This document shows positions 16,444-26,214 of a stretch of DNA of 64,000 nt, piece after piece. How positions within the stretch are numbered: position 1 is the stretch's first letter; each line of letters starts with the position of its first letter. Source of the stretch: a virus (taxonomy: Duplodnaviria > Caudoviricetes); the IMG/VR virus record IMGVR_UViG_3300002124_000001, positions 291 through 64,290 of that record. One strand, given 5' to 3'. The notes under the pieces are model-generated. The model did no database searches and was not told the origin of the DNA. It saw only the letters and a list, made by a program, of their open reading frames with translations. A program made the translations under genes and the position numbers.

Positions 16444-16676
16444 ACTGGCACCTCAACAACCGTGCGGTATCCGCAGGCACCGCACTGCCAATCCTCCACG
16501 CCACCTGTCACCCCGAATGGAATCCGCGCCTCGTCCGGATGCGGGCATTCGGTCGGCGCCGGTTCCTTCGGAGGCGGCTCCATCTGGAGCTCGGCGACCA
16601 CGGCGATCCGTTCTTCAGCCAAGGCGATCCTCGTGAGGGCCGCGATCAGCTGCGCCTTGAACTGGTCATCGGTCAT
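16440..16676 (-). CDS. small zinc-ribbon protein
   Basis: CPH...CGAC; coupled overlaps. Confidence 0.5.
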   Translation of the reverse strand: MTDDQFKAQLIAALTRIALAEERIAVVAELQMEPPPKEPAPTECPHPDEARIPFGVTGGVEDWQCGACGYRTVVEVPV

Positions 16677-17119
16677 GACTCGTGGATCTCCGCCGTCCAC
16701 CGCTGCACCCCGTGGTACAGCAGGCTTTCCGGCTTGTCCGCGTCCGGCTCGTCGAACACTTCCTCGAACTCACAGGTCAGCGACCCTTCGACGTACGTGA
16801 ACGGAGCCACCGTCAGTGACACGCGCTCGAGCAGCTGCGCCACGCGGGAGAGAATCACGCGCGTCGCGTGCGGCCCCTTGGCGTCAGACCAGGCGTCGAT
16901 CTGCAGCGTCACCATGCTCCCGGCAACCTGCATGGCCCCGGCCTCGTTGGTGCGCCCCTGGCGACCGAGCACGAGGTAGGGATAGGCCGTCCTGGCCGCT
17001 TCCGAGAGATGCCCGAACACGCCCGTCACGAGACCGGTCAGTGTGACGTCCGCCTGCAGAATGATCCGAACGGCATCCACGAAGGTCTCGACCGGTGAGC
17101 CGGTAACTGGGTACGCCAC
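16673..17119 (-). CDS. tail completion/terminator protein (DUF3168-like)
   Basis: AYPYLVLG...LQIDAWS...YHGVQRW. Confidence 0.85.
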   Translation of the reverse strand: MAYPVTGSPVETFVDAVRIILQADVTLTGLVTGVFGHLSEAARTAYPYLVLGRQGRTNEAGAMQVAGSMVTLQIDAWSDAKGPHATRVILSRVAQLLERVSLTVAPFTYVEGSLTCEFEEVFDEPDADKPESLLYHGVQRWTAEIHES

Positions 17120-17481
17120 TACGCGGCCTCGCGGCAGAGAACGAGCACATCGTGACGCTTGCCTTCGACGTCCACCGGTGGCGTCACGATCTCCAGCGTG
17201 AGGTCGTCATCGCTGATCGACGTGGGGTGATACAGCAATCGCGCCCGGCCGCCATCGAGGTCCGCGCGAAACGCCCGCCACCAGCCGAACACGATTTCCC
17301 AGGTGACGCGCGGGTCGACCTGCCGAGCCCGCTCAAGATCGCGGCCGCTCAGCGCACGCGCTCGCGCCGACCACCGGTGATGACGGATGGCCCAGGTTTC
17401 CAAGAACCCGTCGTGGCCGTCAGGGACTTCCGTCCGCACCTGGACGCTGACCCGATCGCGGCGCTCTCCAGCTGGCACCAT
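17119..17481 (-). CDS. head closure / head-tail adaptor (SPP1 gp16-like)
   Basis: AGERRDRVSVQ; real start is internal to the 239-aa track ORF. Confidence 0.8.
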   Translation of the reverse strand: MVPAGERRDRVSVQVRTEVPDGHDGFLETWAIRHHRWSARARALSGRDLERARQVDPRVTWEIVFGWWRAFRADLDGGRARLLYHPTSISDDDLTLEIVTPPVDVEGKRHDVLVLCREAA

Positions 17482-17483
17482 GG

Positions 17484-17990
17484 CTAATCCGTGCCCACCA
17501 CGACGATGGAATAGTCGACTGACGTGCCGCCGGCGCTGTTCGTGAGGGTCAGCGTGTCGTCCGTGGTCGCGGTGACGGCTTTGCCCGTGGTCGGGCTGCC
17601 GAAGCAGAACCACTCCCCAGGCCCGAGCGCGATCCCGTCTCCATCCGCCATGAACAACGGGATCCCCGTCGTCGCCACGCGCGTGACCTGGACGTCGTTC
17701 GTATTCGCAGACGACGCCTTGATGTAGATGAACTTGATCCGGACGAACGTCAGGGTGACGCCGAAGGCATTCGTGAGGCCACCAGCGAAATCCAGGTTTT
17801 CCGTCGCGCTGGCCGTCAGCGTCCGCGTATCGCGCCACACCTGAGACGCGTTCCCGCTCGCCGTGCCGTTCGAGAGCGACAGCTTTTCCGTCACCAGGAG
17901 CGGATCGAGCGCGGTGCTGAGATCGAGCGCCGACAGCAGAAGCGTGTCGATCTTTAGCGTGACATCTGCGTGATCAACAACTCCGGACAT
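17484..17990 (-). CDS. putative virion structural protein
   Basis: Thr/Ala/Gly-rich beta-type sequence between the connector genes. Confidence 0.55.
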   Translation of the reverse strand: MSGVVDHADVTLKIDTLLLSALDLSTALDPLLVTEKLSLSNGTASGNASQVWRDTRTLTASATENLDFAGGLTNAFGVTLTFVRIKFIYIKASSANTNDVQVTRVATTGIPLFMADGDGIALGPGEWFCFGSPTTGKAVTATTDDTLTLTNSAGGTSVDYSIVVVGTD

Positions 17991-17999
17991 GCACGCTCC

Positions 18000-18599
18000 T
18001 CACTCAATCCCAGGGATCGGATACTTCGCCCAGCTGCGGTATCTCCAGTAGATCAGCCCTGCGCTCCCCTTGGGCTCGGCGTCTCCTCTCTCCACCAGCC
18101 CACGCGCATCCATCAACATGGCCTTCCGCAGCAAGATCGGGACATCCTCGGCTTCAGCACCGTAGCCACAGGTGAACCGGATCGTCACCGCGCCCATTTG
18201 CGGACGCGTCGAAGGCCACGAGACCCCGTAGGCTGGCGTGATCCTCCCTCTCCGACATCGGGGCTCTATCGGAGCCTCCACCGCCTGAACGAGATACTGA
18301 TCCGCGGCCCATGTCTGCAAAGTGCCGGCGGTGTCCACGTATTTGATGAACACAACCGTCAATAGCGGCGGCCGCGGCATCTCGATGACGTTCCAGCACG
18401 GAAACCCGTCCATGATGAGGTCTCTTGTGGCCGAGAGGAGCTGCCGTCGCGTCGCATCCTGGGCTCGTTGGTGTACCGCTGGGACGACGAATGTTTCTAA
18501 CCACTCGTCCTCGTCGTCGATCTCGACCCGAGACTGTGTCTTGATGTCCGTCGCCAACACCGCGGCGCCGTCGGGAGCGGTGACCAGCGTGAGCGGCAC
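18000..18599 (-). CDS. head-tail connector (gp6/phiE125 gp8-like)
   Basis: LTLVTAP...IKTQSRVE...VTIRFTCGYG...VPILLRKAML. Confidence 0.88.
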   Translation of the reverse strand: MPLTLVTAPDGAAVLATDIKTQSRVEIDDEDEWLETFVVPAVHQRAQDATRRQLLSATRDLIMDGFPCWNVIEMPRPPLLTVVFIKYVDTAGTLQTWAADQYLVQAVEAPIEPRCRRGRITPAYGVSWPSTRPQMGAVTIRFTCGYGAEAEDVPILLRKAMLMDARGLVERGDAEPKGSAGLIYWRYRSWAKYPIPGIE

Positions 18600-18611
18600 G
18601 GTGTCTGGGTC

Positions 18612-19127
18612 CTATTCGAGCGTCAGGGTGTCGATGGCGACCATCAGGCCATCCTCATCGACTACGTTGCCAGAACTCTCGCTGAGGTATTCCGCCGTAC
18701 GAGCAGCAATCACCGGATCGTCCCTTAGTAATCCGATGGCCTGGTTACATCGACCGCACAGTAGCCCGCGTATCCGCCCATCAGAGTGGTCATGGTCTAC
18801 AGCAAGCCTTTTACCGACCTCATCCTCACGGCGACATATGGCGCACACTCCGCCCTGGGCATTGAGTTGCGCGTCGTAACGCTCTGGAGTCGTCCCGTAT
18901 TTCTTCATCCACCACCTGCGCTGACGAACCTTCATGCAAGTGCGGCAATAGAGACAATGCCCGTTCGCGGTAGTGCGGTCCTTGCAGAAACCAGTCAGCG
19001 GCTTCGGCTCCTTACACGACGGGCACGTCTTGATCTGCCTCGTCCGCGCACCGCGATGACTGAGGCGCTGCCTCTGGACAGCGCTCATTCGCTCACGATG
19101 CTCAGGTGTCCGCTTATAAGATTTCAT
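18612..19127 (-). CDS. endonuclease VII-family (homing) endonuclease
   Basis: AQGGVCAICR...LAVDHDH...IRGLLCGRCNQAIG; ATG overlaps the upstream TGA. Confidence 0.9.
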   Translation of the reverse strand: MKSYKRTPEHRERMSAVQRQRLSHRGARTRQIKTCPSCKEPKPLTGFCKDRTTANGHCLYCRTCMKVRQRRWWMKKYGTTPERYDAQLNAQGGVCAICRREDEVGKRLAVDHDHSDGRIRGLLCGRCNQAIGLLRDDPVIAARTAEYLSESSGNVVDEDGLMVAIDTLTLE

Positions 19128-19750
19128 TCCAGCGTCAGCTGTTCTTCGTACCACGCGGCGCCCTGCGTGAACGTCTGGCCCACGAGCGACGAGACGACAT
19201 GCAGGCAGAGCGAACACTGCGGAGGCACGATCAGTCGGCCATTGACCTCGGCGCAAATGGCCCCATGTGGTACGACGCCGCCCGCGCCCTTCGTGAAGCC
19301 GCCGCCCCAAGGGAACCATCCGGAATCGATCACCGTCGTCCCAGCCGCGGCAATGACGGGGCCGCCATAGGACTTGCCGTTGGCGCCGCGCACCACGAAC
19401 GAGCCACTCGTGACCGCCGCCTTTGCCGCCGTCACCGCCGCCCAGCCAGTGAACGACTCGATCACGTTGGTCGATACGAGGTTGTGCCAGAAGAGGCGAT
19501 CGACGATGAGGCTCTTGCCTCCCGCGGCGTAGCCGTTGAAAATCTCGAAAGCGGCCGTCACGGTGGGACGCACCACCAGCCCGGCGACCGCCGCCGTGCT
19601 CATCGTGGCCCAGCCAATCCCGCGGCGCGTGACCTCAGTGTAGGGAGGCAAGCCGCCCGCCACGAGGATCTCGGCCACCTGGTTCAGCGCGACGGTGGCC
19701 TGCGCGTTGACGACCCCGTTGCGAATCCCGCCTTGGATAGCGTCTGCCAT
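19124..19750 (-). CDS. putative head-associated structural protein
   Basis: Position after the capsid gene; beta-rich composition. Confidence 0.55.
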   Translation of the reverse strand: MADAIQGGIRNGVVNAQATVALNQVAEILVAGGLPPYTEVTRRGIGWATMSTAAVAGLVVRPTVTAAFEIFNGYAAGGKSLIVDRLFWHNLVSTNVIESFTGWAAVTAAKAAVTSGSFVVRGANGKSYGGPVIAAAGTTVIDSGWFPWGGGFTKGAGGVVPHGAICAEVNGRLIVPPQCSLCLHVVSSLVGQTFTQGAAWYEEQLTLE

Positions 19751-19761
19751 GTGCTCTGCTC

Positions 19762-20226
19762 CTATGCCGAGACGATTTGCGCGCCCAGATCAAGTGGTAG
19801 ATACCAGATGTCCCAGCGTGTCGCGCCGGCCGTGGTCTCTGACGTCACGATCTGCAGCGTGCCCGATGGCAGGATGAACCCCTGGCCGGCCGCGCCCTGC
19901 GCATACCCAGAACTGATCGGAATCAGCGCCGTCCCATCACCTTCGACGTAGTAGAGGGTGCCGACTTCGTCGTCCCCGATCTGGACGTCGGTCGCGACGT
20001 CGATGGTCGCCCCAACCGTGGGATCCATCTGCACCTGGAGATCCGGCGTGGTGCCAGTGCCGACCAGTGTCGTCACTTCCCCGAGGAGCACGCGCACCAG
20101 CACGCGGCCACCAGAGATGACGAAGATGTCCTGTGTCGTGCTCGAAGGCAGCGTGGCTGCGGCCTTCGCGGCGTGGAAGCCGATCGCCATCGTCGTGAAG
20201 GCGTCGCGATTGACATTCGTATACAT
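19762..20226 (-). CDS. putative head-associated structural protein
   Basis: Position and composition. Confidence 0.55.
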   Translation of the reverse strand: MYTNVNRDAFTTMAIGFHAAKAAATLPSSTTQDIFVISGGRVLVRVLLGEVTTLVGTGTTPDLQVQMDPTVGATIDVATDVQIGDDEVGTLYYVEGDGTALIPISSGYAQGAAGQGFILPSGTLQIVTSETTAGATRWDIWYLPLDLGAQIVSA

Positions 20227-20255
20227 CGTCAGTCCTCGTCGAACGTGGCCAGCAG

Positions 20256-20711
20256 TTAGCTGATGTAGTCAGCCGTCAAGCCGTCGTACGTGTGGCGCTG
20301 ATGCTGCTCCACGGACAACACGCACTCGTCGGTGCTCGTCTGCAGCGTGATCTTGACGCCCCAGTACGCGGCCGTGGACGAGGCCGCGCGCAACTGCTCC
20401 GCGGTGGCTTCGAGCCAGACCGTGTCACCGACCGCATCGGGCGCTGAGCCGATCGCGTGCGAGACGACGTTCGCCGCGTTGGTCGTGCCAGCGGCGTTGT
20501 CGGCCACGAAGATCCGGAAGGTTGAGACCGTCCCGGTCCCGACGCTGCGCATCAGGCCCACGAGCACGCGCGCGACACCGGCCGAAAACGGCAGGCACTT
20601 CTCGGTCGCGGCCGGGTTGAGCGTCGCGACGATCTCAGATCCGCTGTCAGGATCGAAGTCCAGTAGGCGCCGGAGCGCACAGGTCATGAGTTTGTTCGCG
20701 GTGTAGGCCAT
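20256..20711 (-). CDS. putative capsid decoration protein
   Basis: Immediately after the major capsid gene. Confidence 0.55.
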   Translation of the reverse strand: MAYTANKLMTCALRRLLDFDPDSGSEIVATLNPAATEKCLPFSAGVARVLVGLMRSVGTGTVSTFRIFVADNAAGTTNAANVVSHAIGSAPDAVGDTVWLEATAEQLRAASSTAAYWGVKITLQTSTDECVLSVEQHQRHTYDGLTADYIS

Positions 20712-20729
20712 GATTCTGTCCTTCTCCTG

Positions 20730-22058
20730 TTACGCTCGAACGGCGAGAGTGACGACCGGCGAGAGAGTGGACCCGTTCTTTGGCGTCAGAGCAGAACGCC
20801 ACCACCACTGCCCGTCGTTCCGTCGGTAGAAGCGAAACCCGCGCTCGGCCGCCGCGAAGCGCACGTGGATCGACTCCGCGTACTGCTCGCTTTCGTAGGT
20901 GCCTTCGAGATACTCGGAGGGCACGAGCAGCATGAGGTCGCCCTCGGTCCCGATGGTCTTGGCGAATTCGGTGAAGAACAGCGGACGGCCGTCGAGCTTT
21001 TCGCCACCGTCGGTCGTGAAGTAGGGCACGGAGTTGCCGCCGGCGCCGATCACCTGCACGAGGCTCTTGAGTTGGGGCCGCGTGTTCTGATTGGCGAGCC
21101 AGATCGCGCTGTTGTACCGCCAGCTGCGCGCGGCCATCTTGTCGATGTTTTCCTTGACGATGGTGGCCGCGGCCTGTCCGGTTTCCTTCGCCACGGCGAT
21201 CTTGCAGCCCGCATTGAGCGCGCCCTGGCGCTCGCCGGTCCCCGTCCCGTTGATGCGCTCGTTCATCGCGTTCGCGACGAATTCAGTTCGCATGCCGGCC
21301 TGGATGATGGCCACGAAGGACTGCGGCGAATCGTTGATGATCCGCTCGCTCGCGAACGCCAACCCGAATTCCTCATTCGCCGTGAGGGTCACTTGCTCGA
21401 ACGTCATCCGGCTCGCCGTGCCGTCGACCGTTTCCGGCCGCCGCGTGACGGTGAATCCGCCGCTGACTGATGTCGCGTGGTTCTTGTCGACCCGGGCGTT
21501 GAAGGACACCGTCGGGGCCTGCATCGGTACCTGCGTCACCAAGCCGGCGAGTGGATCGTTCTCCGGCTCGACCGAGAGGATGCCCGGGGCCACGCCGTGC
21601 GGCACCAGGAACCCGCCGGCCGGGTCGCTGTAGGTGCCTTGCTCGTCCGATCCCTGCGTGGCCTGAAGCGGCGCCAAGCGGTGATCCATCTTGCGTCCGC
21701 GGCCCACATCCATGACGCACTTCAAGAAATCGCGGTGATCCTTGAAGCCGCGCTTGGGGTCGTCGTCCGCGTTGTGCTTGCCGGGGATGACCTTGGGCAG
21801 CCCTGCGGCGAGACGCGCGGCCTCGGCGGCCGCCGCGTCGGGATCCTTCGGGGCGGCCACCATGCGGCGCTCGGCGTCGTTGGCGGCCTCGGCCTCGGCG
21901 AGGAGTTCGCGATTCTGCGCCGCCTGCGCCTTCAGGCCGTCGAACGTCTTCCGCTCGTCGTCCGTCATCGGGCGCTTTTCGGTCGTGACCTTGTCGCTGA
22001 TCGCCCCCATCTCGTTCTTGAGGTCGGTCGCGCGCTGGCGCAGTAGTTTCAGGTCCAT
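20730..22058 (-). CDS. major capsid protein, HK97 fold, with N-terminal delta (scaffold) domain
   Basis: Coiled-coil N-terminus; GGFLVP; ERIINDS; G..LDGRPLFFTE. Confidence 0.95.
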   Translation of the reverse strand: MDLKLLRQRATDLKNEMGAISDKVTTEKRPMTDDERKTFDGLKAQAAQNRELLAEAEAANDAERRMVAAPKDPDAAAAEAARLAAGLPKVIPGKHNADDDPKRGFKDHRDFLKCVMDVGRGRKMDHRLAPLQATQGSDEQGTYSDPAGGFLVPHGVAPGILSVEPENDPLAGLVTQVPMQAPTVSFNARVDKNHATSVSGGFTVTRRPETVDGTASRMTFEQVTLTANEEFGLAFASERIINDSPQSFVAIIQAGMRTEFVANAMNERINGTGTGERQGALNAGCKIAVAKETGQAAATIVKENIDKMAARSWRYNSAIWLANQNTRPQLKSLVQVIGAGGNSVPYFTTDGGEKLDGRPLFFTEFAKTIGTEGDLMLLVPSEYLEGTYESEQYAESIHVRFAAAERGFRFYRRNDGQWWWRSALTPKNGSTLSPVVTLAVRA

Positions 22059-22242
22059 CTGTTCGCTCCTGGACAAGGCCCGAAAAAGGCAAATGCCCGG
22101 CACCGGTTCACCCCAACGCGCAGACGCGTCGCTGGGAAGGAACAGGCCCGGGCATTCGCTTGAAGCCGCGGAGACTGTGTCGTCACCCGGATGGACCGCT
22201 CATTTGAGCGGCAGGACCGGGCGACCAATCAATGAGATGAGA

Positions 22243-22410
22243 TTAGGGTCGGTCGGAATTACGGGGACACCGAAATCGTTTAACGCACCGACCCTCAAGT
22301 TCGGCGCCGAGCTCGTGTGCCACCTGATCGACCGGCACACCGCGGCGCTGCGCCTCAGCGTGGATGTGGTCCTCGTCAAGTGCGACGGCGAGGCGAAGCA
22401 GGACCGTCAT
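22243..22410 (-). CDS. 55-aa hypothetical protein
   Basis: MTVLLRLAVALDEDHIHAEAQRRGVPVDQVAHELG; ATGA overlap; read manually. Confidence 0.4.
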   Translation of the reverse strand: MTVLLRLAVALDEDHIHAEAQRRGVPVDQVAHELGAELEGRCVKRFRCPRNSDRP

Positions 22411-22628
22411 GCGCTCTTCTTCCAGGACGACAGCAATGCACGGAGGTCCGCGACGTCGAACACGATGCGTCTGATCCCGGGGATCTTGATCGGCTTCAGG
22501 TCCCCGCGGACGATGAGTTGACGGAGCAGGCGAGGGGAGATGCTGAGGAATTCCGCCGCTGATCCTTCAGAGAGGGCGGCTGGCTCAATTTGTGGTGTCG
22601 ATTGCGCTGAGGCTTCTCGTATAGTCAT
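22407..22628 (-). CDS. excisionase-like HTH protein
   Basis: LSEGSAAEFLSISPRLLRQLIVRGDLKPIKI...RIVF. Confidence 0.75.
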   Translation of the reverse strand: MTIREASAQSTPQIEPAALSEGSAAEFLSISPRLLRQLIVRGDLKPIKIPGIRRIVFDVADLRALLSSWKKSA

Positions 22629-22736
22629 GCCTCGACTGTACTAGGTGCAATAGTCGACCGCTAGACGAACGAATGTGTTTGGTTCGTTGGTCTAGCGAAT
22701 TACGGCACTGTCTCAGTGCCCGAATTACGTAATTCT

Positions 22737-22937
22737 TTACACCGACTGCCTGAAGATTTGGATCTCTGAAGACTCTGCTGCGGCTGATTCAACGGCTTCA
22801 CGAATGAACTCGGTTAGGTTCTTTCCGTTCAGGCGCGCGACTTCCATAAGGCGGAGCTTCTCTGCCTCGGAGGCCTTGAAGCCGAGCTTCTTTCGGCGGG
22901 CATCTAGGCGAGTAGGGCGGCCGCGGCGTTTCTCCAT
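22737..22937 (-). CDS. RHH/DUF1778-like DNA-binding protein with AT-hook
   Basis: RRGRP; FKASEAEKLRLMEVARLNGKNLTEFIREA. Confidence 0.7.
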   Translation of the reverse strand: MEKRRGRPTRLDARRKKLGFKASEAEKLRLMEVARLNGKNLTEFIREAVESAAAESSEIQIFRQSV

Positions 22938-23378
22938 CAGGCGCCAGCTTTCCCCAATGCCTTCGCGACATCAAAGGTGCTTCCTGACACAAACGCCTCT
23001 TTGCCATCTGACTGCACGATCATCGACACGCTCTTCGCCGCGCGCTCAATCCTTACGATATGGGCAGTGTTGACATACATCGGCGTCAGGTGAGATGGAT
23101 CTGGGGCCACCCATTGGCCTTGGTCGTCCGTCGAGAAGCTGGCCCAACATTCAAGGAACATCGGCTACTCCGCGAATCGCCAGCGCCGAAGGCTTCACCA
23201 GCGCCGCTTGGTACGTAACCAGCGCAGCACGGACGCGCTCTTCTGCGGCATGGCTCCGCTCGTGCGCTGCACGCATGGCTTGAGACGCACGGCTGTGTTC
23301 TTGGTCTGACGCCGCCTCGGCGACGGTCGCAGCGCCGTGTTCCCGTAGAGCGTCGTTCAGGTCGTCCAATTCCTGCAT
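22937..23378 (-). CDS. two small hypothetical proteins (23151-23378 and 22937-23161)
   Basis: Coupled ORFs between the protease and the regulators. Confidence 0.5.
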
Positions 23379-23381
23379 CGG

Positions 23382-24395
23382 CTACTCCACCATCTCCATA
23401 GCGATCGCCAGGGCATCGGCATCCGCCTGGGCCTGGGCCGTCGCCACGGCATCGACGGCCGCGGCGTCATTGTGCTCGTCGTCGACGAGGGCCTCTGCCG
23501 CGATCGTCGGCACGACTGCGTCCGCGCGCGCGCCGCCTGAGCGCCGCACCGGCGCCATCTTCGCGATCAGCTGGTCGAACGTCAGGATCCCGTCGACCAT
23601 CTTTCGATCGAGCGATTCCTTCGCGTCGTACATGCGTCCCTGTCCGAACTCCTTCTTCACCGTCGCGGCGCTGACGCCTCGACCCTTCGACACTGCGGCG
23701 ACGAACTCCGCATAGACCGCGTCTACTTGGCCTTGCAGGTGCGCGCGTGTCTCGTCGCTCATGGGCTCCCAAAAGTTACCCTCGAGCTTGTTGTCCCCGG
23801 CGCTGATCGGATTGATCTTGATCCCTTCCTTCGAGAGGTACTCGCTGTAGTCTGTTGTCAGCATGTACACCCCGATCGAGCCCGTCATTCCGCTCGGCGT
23901 CACGTAGAACTCGCTGGCCTGCGACCCGAGCCAGTACGCGGCTGAGGCCGATAGGGCATTGGCGTGCGCGATCACCGGCTTGGCCTTCCGGGCCGCGAAG
24001 ATCTCGGCCGCCAGTTCGGGGACGCCTTCCACGGTGCCACCCGGACTCGAGATGTCCAAGATCACGGCGCCGATCGTTTCGTCGTTGACGGCACGGCGCA
24101 GCATCCGGCTGACCGCCTGCGTCGATGTCCCGCCACTCGACATCTCGAAGGAATCCATGCGGTGCCCGATGACCCCAAGGATCGGGATCACGGCGATACT
24201 ACCGTCGACGCGCGGCGGTGATGTGCGCTCACCATCCGCGGCGGCGGCGACACGTGCCTCAATGTCGGCATCCGTCATCCGGCCGCCGGACGCGCGGAAC
24301 CGCATCAACTCTGCGAGGACCTGAAATTTATCAGGCAGAATCGCCCACGGTTGCTTCGACATGTGCGACAGGTATCGGTCGTAGGTATACGCCAT
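23382..24395 (-). CDS. head maturation protease, S49/SppA family
   Basis: ILDISSPGG, ASAAYWLGS, TGSIGV; start at MAYTYDRY. Confidence 0.92.
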   Translation of the reverse strand: MAYTYDRYLSHMSKQPWAILPDKFQVLAELMRFRASGGRMTDADIEARVAAAADGERTSPPRVDGSIAVIPILGVIGHRMDSFEMSSGGTSTQAVSRMLRRAVNDETIGAVILDISSPGGTVEGVPELAAEIFAARKAKPVIAHANALSASAAYWLGSQASEFYVTPSGMTGSIGVYMLTTDYSEYLSKEGIKINPISAGDNKLEGNFWEPMSDETRAHLQGQVDAVYAEFVAAVSKGRGVSAATVKKEFGQGRMYDAKESLDRKMVDGILTFDQLIAKMAPVRRSGGARADAVVPTIAAEALVDDEHNDAAAVDAVATAQAQADADALAIAMEMVE

Positions 24396-24399
24396 TGTC

Positions 24400-25992
24400 C
24401 TATGCTGCCTTTCGGTCCGTCTCGAGTGACAGAGCCACCAGTTCCTCGGCCTCTTCCCGTTCCCATGCCGCGTCCATGACCACGATGCCTTGGGCCTCGA
24501 GTTGTGACCCGTGCTGTGCGGCGTACGCCCGGGCCTTCCCCGTCTCCATCCGCATCGTTTCGGCCACGACTTGCGCATGCTCTGCGTAGAACTCGCGGAG
24601 GCTGGTTTGCCAGCCGGGCACGTCGTTGGCGTGCTTCTTTGCCAGTTTCTCGACGTTGTGACGCTCGCGTCGAAGCAGGCGCACGGCGTTATCGTGCGCC
24701 ATCAGCGTGGCCTTGACGGTGCGGCCGGTGCCGATCTGCTTCGCGTTCTGGCCGTTGTTCCCCTGCCCATCACGAGACGCGCCGGCGCGGTGATCGTCCC
24801 TGGAGAGCGTGTCTAGTTCCGCGTCCGCGTTCATCCCCTCGCGCCGGCGGACTTCACTCGGCCACATCCACCGATTCAGGATGGCTTTCGAGTAGTAGTC
24901 CGCCCGGCTCTTGAGGTCGCCGCGGAGCAGCGCCTCCATCAGGAACTCGCCGAAGTACGTGTCTTTGGCGATGACGAGATCGCGCTGGATGGCCTGCTCG
25001 ATCCCGACGACGATCGGCCGGAGACAGCCAGTCACGTATTCCAGGTTCGCTTGCTCGCGTGCCGCGTACGCCTGGGTTTGCTGTGACGCCTCGAGCTTGT
25101 GCCCGGGCATCTTGAACAGCCTCGCCACCTCGCGCACGCTGTAGTCTTTCAGACCGAGGAGCTGCGCCTTGTCCGGGTCCACGCCCAATTGCGAAATCGA
25201 GATGTCGTCCTCGATCACCAGGATGCCCCCCGCGTTCTCGACGCCGGAGGCGTAGCGCGTCAGGCTCGAGTGCAGCGCGGCTTCGTCTTCCTCGCCGAGC
25301 TCCCCGCCTTTGTGCGTAGCCACGAGTGCCGCGGTCGCGCCCTTCTCAAAAAACTTGGCCGTGAACCGCTCCTGCGCGATCGCCGATCCGAGGGCCTGTG
25401 CCCCGTAGGCGATCCGCGACAGCCCGGTCAACCCGTCGCTCGTCAACTCGCGGAGCACGAACATCTCAGCTTGCGTGAGCACCTTCGGCTGGCCTGAGAC
25501 GTCGAACTGGCCGAGGAGCCGATACCGGATCCGCCCGTTCGGGAGTCGCTCCTGAAGAATCCGATCAGGATGCCGCGGGATCAACTGATCGACCGCACCG
25601 CGAGGCCCGGGCACGATCTCAGCGAACGCCACATTGCGCAGCAGCACGTGGCCGATCATCGTGCTCCAGAACTCTTTTGAGGTCTGCCAACTGTTCGGCT
25701 GCCAGCGGAGCAGATACGCGATTGGGTGATTGCGCGCCCGTTCCTTGTCGCCGTCATCCCCGACGTACCGCATCAGTTGACACGGCATCGTCGCGATGTC
25801 GTCCGCGATCGTCGTCACCGCACAGTAGACCGCAGAGAGCGTCATCGCGAGTTCTGGCGAGACACGCATCCCGGCGCCGCGCAGCTGCATGATCCAGCCT
25901 TCGGGCGACACCCACATGTTCTCGCGCGACGTCACGCTGTGCGCCTGCATCCGCCCACCCGACACGGTCGTGATGCGCTGCAGAAGTCCCAT
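24400..25992 (-). CDS. portal protein, HK97 family
   Basis: SAVYCAVTTIADDIATMP; DGLTGLS; EVARLFKMP; LLRGDLKSR. Confidence 0.95.
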   Translation of the reverse strand: MGLLQRITTVSGGRMQAHSVTSRENMWVSPEGWIMQLRGAGMRVSPELAMTLSAVYCAVTTIADDIATMPCQLMRYVGDDGDKERARNHPIAYLLRWQPNSWQTSKEFWSTMIGHVLLRNVAFAEIVPGPRGAVDQLIPRHPDRILQERLPNGRIRYRLLGQFDVSGQPKVLTQAEMFVLRELTSDGLTGLSRIAYGAQALGSAIAQERFTAKFFEKGATAALVATHKGGELGEEDEAALHSSLTRYASGVENAGGILVIEDDISISQLGVDPDKAQLLGLKDYSVREVARLFKMPGHKLEASQQTQAYAAREQANLEYVTGCLRPIVVGIEQAIQRDLVIAKDTYFGEFLMEALLRGDLKSRADYYSKAILNRWMWPSEVRRREGMNADAELDTLSRDDHRAGASRDGQGNNGQNAKQIGTGRTVKATLMAHDNAVRLLRRERHNVEKLAKKHANDVPGWQTSLREFYAEHAQVVAETMRMETGKARAYAAQHGSQLEAQGIVVMDAAWEREEAEELVALSLETDRKAA

Positions 25993-26214
25993 CTACTCCG
26001 TCCGTGCCTTCTTGCGGCTGACCAGTGGTCGGTGAATGAACGGCCGCCGCGCAGGAAGGGCCATCCACACGAGAATCACCCCTGGTGCGAGATAGGCCCC
26101 TGGACGCCACGCCTCCCACAGGCCGACGGACATCAGCGCCAGGCCCACCAGGAGCACAAGCGTCTGCAGATCGATCTCAGACGTGATCGTGGCGATCAGT
26201 CGTTTCAGCATCAT
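25993..26214 (-). CDS. small two-TM protein
   Basis: Usual position between terL and portal. Confidence 0.65.
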   Translation of the reverse strand: MMLKRLIATITSEIDLQTLVLLVGLALMSVGLWEAWRPGAYLAPGVILVWMALPARRPFIHRPLVSRKKARTE

